Shown here one piece after another: positions 1 through 5,426 of a stretch of 6,202 nucleotides of DNA (position 1 is the first letter of the stretch; every line of letters begins with the position of its first letter). Origin of the DNA: Candidatus Woesearchaeota archaeon (GTDB taxonomy: Archaea; Nanobdellota; Nanobdellia; Nanobdellales; Nanobdellaceae). Under the pieces are notes generated by a model. That model had not been told where the DNA came from and did no database searches. It worked only from the letters and a program-made list of their open reading frames with translations. The translations under genes were made by a program, and so were the position numbers. The stretch is from positions 1 to 6,202 of the forward strand of contig CAYXSZ010000020.1 in the NCBI GenBank assembly GCA_964468425.1. The letters are read 5' to 3'.

Positions 1-716
1 TTTAGCTTTCTTTTTAGCTTTTGGAAATCGTTGACATTTCTGGCGAGAATGTTGATGCAATTTTTACCCGAAAGGGAGATCTCGACCTTTTCATAGTATC
101 TTTGGAGATGCAATTCCACAGATTCGCCCAAACTCTTTAACCAGCCCGAGACGATCAAAACAAACGCTAGCCCTCCGGAATCTAATAGATGTTTCTTGTC
201 TTTTATAACCTCCTCGCGATACATCTCTAGATAATTTATCGCTTTCTTTATTCCCAATTTAAAAGCTTTCTTTAAATCTTTTTCCCATTCAAAGGCTTCC
301 TTCAATGCGCGAATAGCGGAAAGAATAGTCCCCTCTTTCGGATTTTGAACCGCGCTTCGGGCGAACTCGTATCCCGCTTTTAGAGCCCGTTTTAGGTCTT
401 TGATAGTAATTTTGTCCTTGTTCTTTAGTTCTTCGTGCATACCATAGAAAAACATTGCAAGAATGTTCCCGGAGTTTCCTTGAGCGTTCTCAATTGCACT
501 CTCTGAGATTTTCTCTAAAAGCTCGCCAACGGTTTTTGCTTCGAAGTCTTTGATTCTCTCCCAAACTTGCTTTAGCGTTAAATAAACGTTAGTTCCCGTG
601 TCTCTATCAGCAACGGGAAATGTGTTTATATCGTTAAGAAACTCAACGTGGTTTCGAATTACGAGGAGAGAGTTGTAAAACATTGTTTTGACATCAAGCG
701 CTGAAAGCTCTGTCAT
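1..716 (-). CDS. DAK2 (DhaL-like) domain protein of the YloV/FakA type. N-terminal ~238 codons only; the C-terminus lies beyond the left window edge.
   Basis: Hand translation of the minus strand from the ATG (complement of 714-716) is open to position 1, with no in-frame tta/cta/tca on the plus strand. The product starts MTELSALDVKTMFYNSLLVIRNHVEFLNDINTFPVADRDTGTNVYLTL...AQGNSGNILAMFFYG...NPKEGTILSA. FPVxDxDTGTN, GNSG and EGTIL are the hallmark DAK2-domain motifs. An upstream in-frame stop (complement of 738-740) bounds the ORF. It is missing from the track presumably because it is truncated by the window. Confidence 0.8.
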   Translation of the reverse strand, partial: MTELSALDVKTMFYNSLLVIRNHVEFLNDINTFPVADRDTGTNVYLTLKQVWERIKDFEAKTVGELLEKISESAIENAQGNSGNILAMFFYGMHEELKNKDKITIKDLKRALKAGYEFARSAVQNPKEGTILSAIRALKEAFEWEKDLKKAFKLGIKKAINYLEMYREEVIKDKKHLLDSGGLAFVLIVSGWLKSLGESVELHLQRYYEKVEISLSGKNCINILARNVNDFQKLKRKL

Positions 717-737
717 TCTTATTAAGTATCTCAAGGT

Positions 738-749
738 TTAAATTAATTT
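738..749 (-). promoter_or_regulatory. Putative TATA box for the DAK2 gene
   Basis: The minus strand reads AAATTAATTTAA about 26 nt upstream of the ATG at 716. No SD-like sequence lies in between, which is consistent with a leaderless mRNA. Confidence 0.35.
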
Positions 750-780
750 TTGCTTATTATCGATGATTTGCATCGCAAAG

Positions 781-788
781 TTTTAAAA
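781..788 (+). promoter_or_regulatory. Putative TATA box for the 81-aa membrane protein gene
   Basis: TTTTAAAA is centred about 25 nt upstream of the ATG at 810, preceded by purine-rich GCAAAG (BRE-like). It is divergent from the DAK2 promoter within the same 93-nt spacer. Confidence 0.4.
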
Positions 789-809
789 GCGAAAAGCTTT
801 ATAAGGTAA

Positions 810-1055
810 ATGGTAGCGGATTGGATAAAGGAAGTGCTCATCGGAGTGATTTTATTAGCGGTGGGAGTAGTGCTAATCTACTATTACTTGCCAGAGGTTA
901 TAAAAGTTATTTTGGGAATTTTAGGACCTCTACTCGCCTTCGTTGGACTGATCTTCCTATGGATCGGAGTAGAGGATAAGAAGTTAGAAAAAGAGCTCAA
1001 GGAGATAGAGAAGGAGCTCGAGGAGGAGGAGAAAGAAGAAAAGAAAAAGCAATAG
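810..1055 (+). CDS. Small hypothetical membrane protein with two predicted TM helices and an E/K-rich, probably helical, C-terminal tail
   Basis: 81-aa ORF. Two hydrophobic segments (VLIGVILLAVGVVLIYYYL and ILGILGPLLAFVGLIFLWIGV) are followed by EDKKLEKELKEIEKELEEEEKEEKKKQ. It has its own TATA-like box at about -25 and ends in TAG. I recognise no family. Confidence 0.6.
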   Translation: MVADWIKEVLIGVILLAVGVVLIYYYLPEVIKVILGILGPLLAFVGLIFLWIGVEDKKLEKELKEIEKELEEEEKEEKKKQ

Positions 1056-1060
1056 CTCTC

Positions 1061-1069
1061 TTTTTAAAA
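1061..1069 (+). promoter_or_regulatory. Putative TATA box for the eL15 gene
   Basis: TTTTTAAAA is centred about 24 nt upstream of the ATG at 1089. Confidence 0.4.
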
Positions 1070-1088
1070 CTTTTTCCCCTAACTTAAA

Positions 1089-1622
1089 ATGTCAAAGTCA
1101 TATTACTGGTACGTATCTCAACTCTGGAAGAGACCGAAAGAATACTTGGGAGACCTTTGGAGAGAAAGGTTAATTCGCTGGAGAAGAGAACCAGCAGTTA
1201 CTCGTGTAGATAGACCAACAAGAATCGATCGCGCTAGAAGACTTGGGTGGAAGCCGATTCAAGGAATGATCATCGTAAGAGTTAGAGTAAAAAGAGGGGG
1301 GAGAAAGAGAAAGGACATGCCCAGAGCAAGAAGAACCAAGGCATATTATTGGTATAGAACTCTAGATATCTCTCTCCAGGTAATCGCGGAGCAGAGAGCT
1401 GCAAGAAAGTATCCAAACATGGAAGTTCTAGGATCTTATTGGGTAGGAGAGGATGGTGTTTATAAATGGTTTGAAGTGATTCTCGTGGATCCCGCACATC
1501 CTGCGATCAAGTCTAGACCTGAGTACGCGTGGATTGCCCAGAAAACACAAAGAAGAAGAGTATTTAGAGGTCTAACTCCAAGAATGAAAAAGCATAGAGT
1601 TATTAACGAGAACTGGAATTAG
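1089..1622 (+). CDS. rpl15e: Large-subunit ribosomal protein eL15 (L15e)
   Basis: 177 aa. The motifs WKRPKE, WRREPAVTRVDRPTRIDRARRLGWK, VRVRVKRGGRKR, IAEQRAARKYPNMEVLGSYWVGEDGVYKWFEVILVDPAHPAIK and RVFRGLT match the conserved archaeal/eukaryotic L15e core. It ends in TAG. Confidence 0.95.
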   Translation: MSKSYYWYVSQLWKRPKEYLGDLWRERLIRWRREPAVTRVDRPTRIDRARRLGWKPIQGMIIVRVRVKRGGRKRKDMPRARRTKAYYWYRTLDISLQVIAEQRAARKYPNMEVLGSYWVGEDGVYKWFEVILVDPAHPAIKSRPEYAWIAQKTQRRRVFRGLTPRMKKHRVINENWN

Positions 1623-1639
1623 TTTCTATTTGTATTTTT
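1623..1639 (+). terminator. Oligo-T-rich stretch, candidate archaeal terminator after the eL15 gene
   Basis: TTTCTATTTGTATTTTT lies immediately after the stop codon. Archaeal RNA polymerase terminates at oligo-T tracts. Confidence 0.3.
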
Positions 1640-1802
1640 AATAATTTTTAATATTTTAAATCGAAACGAAAAATAATAACGAACTTTAACACCTCTTTTC
1701 ACTCTCATGTAGATGCAGGTTCTGTAGCATCCCACTTTAATAATTTCAAGCTACCTTTTTTAAAATACGAATACATATAAACCTGATAATTAAGTAGTAA
1801 TT

Positions 1803-2771
1803 ATGGGTAAAAAGGACATAAAGGAGATCGAAGATCTCCCAGGTGTCGGTGCCAAAACGGCTGAAAAGCTTAGGCAAGCCGGTTATTACACTTTAATGGA
1901 TCTAGCTACAGCTTCTGTTCAAGAACTAAGCGAAACTGTAGGAATTGGAGAGGAAACTGCTAAGAAGTTAATAGAAACTGCTAAAGAAGCTCTAGGGTTA
2001 GGATTCCAATCAGCCTATGATTATTATCTGCAAAGACAGAAGGTGGAAAAAATAACTACAGGTTCTGAAGCTCTAAACGAGTTGCTTGGTGGTGGGATCG
2101 AAACCCAGTCTATCGTGGAAGCTTTTGGAGAGTTCGGATCTGGAAAAACTCAGCTGGGACATCAACTCGCAGTCAATGTCCAGCTTCCAAAAGAGAAAGG
2201 CGGATTATTCGACTCTGAGCCTGTTAAAGTTGTCTATATAGATACTGAAGGAACATTCAGACCGGAAAGAATACGAGCGATGGCTGAAGCTGTTGGATTG
2301 GATCCAGATGAAGCTTTGAAGAACATAATCATTGCTAGAGCAACCAGTACAGATGATCAAATGTTATTCGTAAGGAGGATTCCAAAGCTAATTCAAGAAG
2401 GAAACAACGTAAGACTGGTTGTCATAGACTCTATAACCGCTCACTTCAGGGCAGAGTATGTTGGAAGGGGAACTCTCGCGGAAAGGCAACAGAAGCTCAA
2501 CAAGCACTTGAGAGATTTGTTGAAGCTCGCAACGACATACAACCTAGCAGTGTACGTTACAAACCAGGTAATGGCTAAACCCGATAGTTTCATTGGTATA
2601 GACTTAGTTCAGGCAGTGGGAGGTCACGTATTAGCACACGCGATTACATACAGAATCTTCTTGAGAAAAGGTAAAGGGGGGGTGAGAATTGCTAGATTAA
2701 TTGATGCTCCCCATCTTCCAGAGAGGGAGGTTGCATTTAAGATCACTGAAGAGGGAATTCGCGACGCTTAA
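1803..2771 (+). CDS. radA: DNA repair and recombination protein RadA (archaeal Rad51/RecA homologue)
   Basis: 322 aa. N-terminal HhH region [20 protein letters not shown]; Walker [10 protein letters not shown]; Walker B-like [14 protein letters not shown]; and the C-terminal [35 protein letters not shown] that is typical of RadA. The N-terminal domain is present, so this is not RadB. Confidence 0.97.
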   Translation: MGKKDIKEIEDLPGVGAKTAEKLRQAGYYTLMDLATASVQELSETVGIGEETAKKLIETAKEALGLGFQSAYDYYLQRQKVEKITTGSEALNELLGGGIETQSIVEAFGEFGSGKTQLGHQLAVNVQLPKEKGGLFDSEPVKVVYIDTEGTFRPERIRAMAEAVGLDPDEALKNIIIARATSTDDQMLFVRRIPKLIQEGNNVRLVVIDSITAHFRAEYVGRGTLAERQQKLNKHLRDLLKLATTYNLAVYVTNQVMAKPDSFIGIDLVQAVGGHVLAHAITYRIFLRKGKGGVRIARLIDAPHLPEREVAFKITEEGIRDA

Positions 2772-2775
2772 ATTG

Positions 2776-2787
2776 TTTTTTTCTTCT
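2776..2787 (+). terminator. Oligo-T tract after radA
   Basis: A T7 run followed by CTTCT starts 5 nt after the TAA stop. Confidence 0.35.
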
Positions 2788-2794
2788 GAACAAA

Positions 2795-2804
2795 TTTTTA
2801 AATA
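2795..2804 (+). promoter_or_regulatory. Putative TATA box for the PRC-barrel gene
   Basis: TTTTTAAATA is centred about 25 nt upstream of the ATG at 2825. Confidence 0.4.
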
Positions 2805-2824
2805 GAAAGACCAAACATCTTTAA

Positions 2825-3079
2825 ATGGAAAGAGTTGAAGGGTCCTCTCTACTCGGAAGACTGGTCGTCAGCAACAAAGGAAGAAAACTTGGAGAAGTTT
2901 CAGACTTAATATTTGACACCAGAAGCGGAGAAATACTTCATATAGTTTTAAAGAATCCGACCGAGTACGCGTTTAAGCTCGGGCTCGAGAAGACGAAAGA
3001 TAACGAACTTTTAATTCCATTTTCCGCTGTTTTATCGATCGGGGACTTCATCATCATCGCCGAGGAAGAAATCGTGTAA
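2825..3079 (+). CDS. Small stand-alone PRC-barrel domain protein (CdpB-like)
   Basis: 84 aa. The pattern LLGRLVVSNKGRKLGEVSDLIFDTRSGEILHIVL ... LIPFSAVLSIGDFIII fits the PRC-barrel signature: L-G-x-V, G-x-x-L-G-x-V-x-D, D-x-x-x-G-x-I, then I-P-x-x-x-V-x-x-I-G-D. The call rests on pattern recognition only, not a database search. Confidence 0.75.
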   Translation: MERVEGSSLLGRLVVSNKGRKLGEVSDLIFDTRSGEILHIVLKNPTEYAFKLGLEKTKDNELLIPFSAVLSIGDFIIIAEEEIV

Positions 3080-3090
3080 ACTTTTAACCT

Positions 3091-3098
3091 TTTTTAAA
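3091..3098 (+). promoter_or_regulatory. Putative TATA box for tRNA-Lys
   Basis: TTTTTAAA is centred about 30 nt upstream of the mature tRNA 5' end at 3125, which implies a short 5' leader. Confidence 0.4.
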
Positions 3099-3124
3099 CT
3101 TTATTTTCTAGTTAAAGTCTATCT

Positions 3125-3210
3125 GGGCCGGTAGCTTAGCCTGGCAGAGCGGCGGGCTCTTAATCTTGGGAGAAACCCGCAGGTCGGGGGTTCGAATCCC
3201 CCCCGGCCCG
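3125..3210 (+). tRNA. tRNA-Lys (anticodon CUU) with a 12-nt intron at the canonical 37/38 position. CCA is not encoded.
   Basis: Hand fold. Acceptor stem GGGCCGG (3125-3131) pairs with CCGGCCC (3203-3209); discriminator G3210. D arm GCTT-AGCCTGGCA-GAGC. Anticodon stem GCGGG (3152-3156) pairs with CCCGC (3176-3180). Loop is CT-CTT-A[intron]A. Variable loop AGGTC. T arm GGGGG-TTCGAAT-CCCCC. The mature length is 74 nt after removing 12 nt. Confidence 0.93.
3163..3174 (+). other. tRNA intron (12 nt; boundaries ambiguous by 1 nt because of flanking A residues)
   Basis: ATCTTGGGAGAA is inserted between positions 37 and 38. A central 4-bp helix (C3157-G3172, T3158-A3171, C3159-G3170, T3160-G3169) is flanked by 3-nt bulges TAA (3161-3163) and AAA (3173-3175), and each bulge contains a predicted splice site. 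The remaining 5 nt (TCTTG) can form only a loop, so the motif is a relaxed helix-bulge-helix-loop form. Confidence 0.8.
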
Positions 3211-3227
3211 CTTTACAATGAAAATGG

Positions 3228-3232
3228 TTTTT
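3228..3232 (+). terminator. T5 tract downstream of the tRNA
   Basis: GGTTTTTC lies 18 nt after the discriminator base, and a TTT sits directly at 3212-3214. Confidence 0.25.
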
Positions 3233-3252
3233 CAAAGAGCGAACACGATAAT

Positions 3253-3843
3253 TTATTGTTGTAAATCCTTCCGCTTAAGCTCGTAATCTTTTAATTCCGG
3301 AATATATTTTTTCAATACCTCTATATGTCTATCTGGAAGAGGGTTTCCAAACACCTTTATTTCAATTTCCTTGTTCTGAACGCTAACGTCGATTGAACTC
3401 CTATCCACGTTGAATAGGAACTCGATTAAACCCTTTATTTTGTCCTCCAGCTCTGTAACTTCCCGTATAACTTCTATTTCATAATATAGATCTTTACCAG
3501 CTAGTGGATGGTTGAAATCCACAGTGACTCTCCCACCCGACACGCTCCTGATTATTCCTTTTTTTCCATCAATGTTTACAACAAGCCCAGGAAATGGCTT
3601 AATTCCTCTCTTAGTGAACTCTTGGAGAGGAACGAGCTTTATCATAGATTCTCTTCGCTCTCCGAATGGTTTCTCGAACTCAAACTTATAATCTTTACCG
3701 GGTTTGACCTTTTCTAGAGCTTTTTCAACGAATTCGTAAATCAATCCAGCCCCCACAGGAACTATTCTTGGTTTCTCGGAGATGTCGAAAAGTTGCATCG
3801 TATCTTTAATGTACGCTCTATACTTTATTTCAAGGTAACGCAT
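3253..3843 (-). CDS. FKBP-type peptidyl-prolyl cis-trans isomerase (SlyD-like archaeal FKBP with an insert-in-flap domain and a C-terminal extension)
   Basis: 196 aa. Motifs LFDISEKPRIVPVGAGLIYEFVEKAL, FGERRESMIKLVPLQEF and RVTVDFNHPLAGKDLYYEIEVIRE match the FKBP/SlyD core, including the IF-domain insertion and the DFNHPLAGK motif. Confidence 0.9.
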   Translation of the reverse strand: MRYLEIKYRAYIKDTMQLFDISEKPRIVPVGAGLIYEFVEKALEKVKPGKDYKFEFEKPFGERRESMIKLVPLQEFTKRGIKPFPGLVVNIDGKKGIIRSVSGGRVTVDFNHPLAGKDLYYEIEVIREVTELEDKIKGLIEFLFNVDRSSIDVSVQNKEIEIKVFGNPLPDRHIEVLKKYIPELKDYELKRKDLQQ

Positions 3844-3864
3844 TTTAAAGGAAGCGTCCGAAAA

Positions 3865-3873
3865 CTTTATTTT
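3865..3873 (-). promoter_or_regulatory. Putative TATA box for the FKBP gene
   Basis: The minus strand reads AAAATAAAG, centred about 26 nt upstream of the ATG at 3843. Confidence 0.35.
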
Positions 3874-3897
3874 CTTTCCAACGCTTATCCATATAAG

Positions 3898-3920
3898 AAA
3901 ATTTAATAAGGTTTTAATAA
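3898..3920 (+). promoter_or_regulatory. Putative promoter region for ftsZ, with two overlapping TATA-like candidates
   Basis: AAATTTAATAAGGTTTTAATAA lies about 20-35 nt upstream of the ATG at 3936. I cannot tell which AT-box is used. Confidence 0.3.
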
Positions 3921-3935
3921 TAGTATTTCTCTAAG

Positions 3936-5018
3936 ATGGAGCCACAGAAATCAGTTGATGTTGTAGATAAAGAGCTCGAGGAATTTCTTGCTCAAACGAT
4001 TAAGAGAATTAAGGTTGTCGGTTGCGGAGGAGGTGGTACGAATACTGTCGACAGACTTTACGAAATGGGTGTATATGGGGCAGAGTTAATTGCTATCAAC
4101 ACAGATGTGCGTCACTTAGTTAAAGTTCGCGCTAATCGAAAGATTCTAATTGGTAAGCAGTTAACTCGTGGTCTCGGAGCTGGAAAAGATCCAAAGGTGG
4201 GGGAGGAAGCTGCTAAAGAATCAGAACAAGACATAAAAGCAGCTCTAGAGGGATCTGACGTAGTTTTCATTACATGTGGTTTGGGAGGTGGAACTGGTAC
4301 TGGTTCTGCTCCAATTGTGGCTGAAATTGCTAAAAAGCTCGGAGCAATTGTAATTGCGATTTGTACTTGGCCCTTCTCGGTCGAGGGTAGAAACATTTGG
4401 GATAATGCGCTGTACGGACTCGAGAAGCTAGAAGATGTCGTGGATCTTTTAATCGTAATTCCAAACGATAAAATCCTCGAACTTTATCCAAATGTCCCCA
4501 TCATTCAAGCATTTAAGGTGATTGATCAGGTTCTCGCAAACGCATTAAAAGAACTCACGGAGCTACTGACAAAACCTGGATACATAAACGTGGACTTCGC
4601 AGACTTTAGAGCGATTGTATCTGGAGCTGGATACGGTTTATTCGGTGTTGGAGAGTCTGATTCTGAGAACAAGGCTGTAGAAGCTGTTGAGAGGGCTTTG
4701 AACAATCCATTGATCGATATAGATGTTTCGGGTGCGAGAGCAGCTCTCGTAAGAATAACTGGTTCCGAAGACATGACTCCAGAGGAAATTGAAAAAATTC
4801 TAGATTCTGTTAAGTCTAGAATAGATCCAAACGCTACATTGATTTATGGAGTGGCTTTTGAAGAAGGAAAGAAGAACTACATAAGAGTTTCAGTTGTAAT
4901 AACGAAACTCAGAAGAGCTCCTGAATTGATCTCGAAAGTTAAGGGAGAAGAGCCTATTATAAAGGAAGAAGACAAAAAGAAGCTCGAGGAAGAGCTCGGA
5001 ATAGAAGTTATCGCATAA
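3936..5018 (+). CDS. ftsZ: Cell division GTPase FtsZ (archaeal FtsZ1-like)
   Basis: 360 aa. GTP-binding motifs VVGCGGGGTNTV, GLGAGKDPKVGEEAA, the tubulin signature GLGGGTGTGSAPIVAEIAK, and the T7-loop region INVDFADF. It closely resembles my recollection of Methanocaldococcus FtsZ1 across the core, and it has a short conserved-looking C-terminal peptide, LGIEVIA. Confidence 0.97.
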   Translation: MEPQKSVDVVDKELEEFLAQTIKRIKVVGCGGGGTNTVDRLYEMGVYGAELIAINTDVRHLVKVRANRKILIGKQLTRGLGAGKDPKVGEEAAKESEQDIKAALEGSDVVFITCGLGGGTGTGSAPIVAEIAKKLGAIVIAICTWPFSVEGRNIWDNALYGLEKLEDVVDLLIVIPNDKILELYPNVPIIQAFKVIDQVLANALKELTELLTKPGYINVDFADFRAIVSGAGYGLFGVGESDSENKAVEAVERALNNPLIDIDVSGARAALVRITGSEDMTPEEIEKILDSVKSRIDPNATLIYGVAFEEGKKNYIRVSVVITKLRRAPELISKVKGEEPIIKEEDKKKLEEELGIEVIA

Positions 5019-5019
5019 A

Positions 5020-5036
5020 TTTTTTAATTTTGCTTT
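5020..5036 (+). terminator. Oligo-T tracts after ftsZ
   Basis: TTTTTTAATTTTGCTTTT begins 2 nt after the TAA stop. Confidence 0.35.
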
Positions 5037-5042
5037 TAGGGG

Positions 5043-5423
5043 CTAAATCCACCTCCAAAACAATCCCTTTTCAAGAACAAACTCGTTTGCTTTTCGATAA
5101 GCTTCGATAGTTCCTATATCAAACCAAACTCCTTTATAAGGGTATCCGTAAACTTCCTCTTTTTTGATTAACCATTCAAAGAATTTCCCGAGCGCATCGA
5201 GATCGGAGCTGGATTCTAGGTATTCCTCTAGTAGACTCAATTTTTCTTTTGGGATAACATAAATTCCCGTAGAAATCAAAGTGCTCTTAGGATTTTCGGG
5301 TTTCTCCTCGAAACTAAGAATGCGAAGGTTGCTATCTATTTCTGCAACTCCGAATCGCTTAGCTTCCGAAAAATCTTTTACATCGAACAAACCGAGAACT
5401 ATACTTTTCTTTTCTTTCATCAA
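5043..5423 (-). CDS. Sugar-phosphate nucleotidyltransferase, C-terminal half (fragment downstream of an in-frame TAG)
   Basis: 126 codons. Motifs FGVAEID, SFEEKPENPKSTLISTGIYVI and WFDIGTIEAYRKAN match the C-terminal part of the NTP_transferase (RmlA/GCD1-like) fold. The track start at 5421-5423 is TTG, and the first ATG is the complement of 5418-5420. It is in the same frame as the upstream fragment. Confidence 0.85.
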   Translation of the reverse strand: MMKEKKSIVLGLFDVKDFSEAKRFGVAEIDSNLRILSFEEKPENPKSTLISTGIYVIPKEKLSLLEEYLESSSDLDALGKFFEWLIKKEEVYGYPYKGVWFDIGTIEAYRKANEFVLEKGLFWRWI

Positions 5424-5426
5424 TCG

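Noticed and set aside
980-1050. Polypurine tract and repeated GAGCTCGAGG strings (also near 3973 and 4983) as possible repeats
   Set aside because: They are explained by E/K/L-rich coding (the E-L-E codons GAG-CTC-GAG). They occur in frame within different genes and are not a dispersed repeat family.
1282-1497. 71-aa minus-strand ORF inside the eL15 gene
   Set aside because: It is entirely antisense to a confidently identified conserved gene. The product has no recognisable motifs and there is no promoter-like box. It is a shadow ORF.
1690-1800. Possible C/D-box sRNA in the radA upstream spacer
   Set aside because: Neither strand has an RUGAUGA C box. The only CTGA (about 1782) has no partner box at a suitable distance.
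3186-3210. tRNA gene as an integration site (att duplication or integrated element)
   Set aside because: I found no second copy of the tRNA 3' half (GGGGGTTCGAATCCCCCCCGGCCCG) or any part of it elsewhere in the window. There is no integrase, and the flanking genes are housekeeping genes.
3508-3717. 69-aa plus-strand ORF inside the FKBP gene
   Set aside because: It is antisense to a well-supported CDS. Its composition is low in information (S/L/F-rich), unlike the K/E/I-rich proteins here. It is a shadow ORF.
4112-4774. 94-aa and 82-aa minus-strand ORFs (4112-4396 and 4526-4774) inside ftsZ
   Set aside because: Both are antisense to the most conserved parts of ftsZ. The A/P/S-rich products are typical reverse-complement artefacts of G/A-rich glycine and alanine codons.
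5415-5425. TTGATGA (C-box-like) on the minus strand at the split junction of the transferase
   Set aside because: No CUGA D box lies within about 70 nt downstream on that strand. The sequence is explained by the codons TTG-ATG-AAA.
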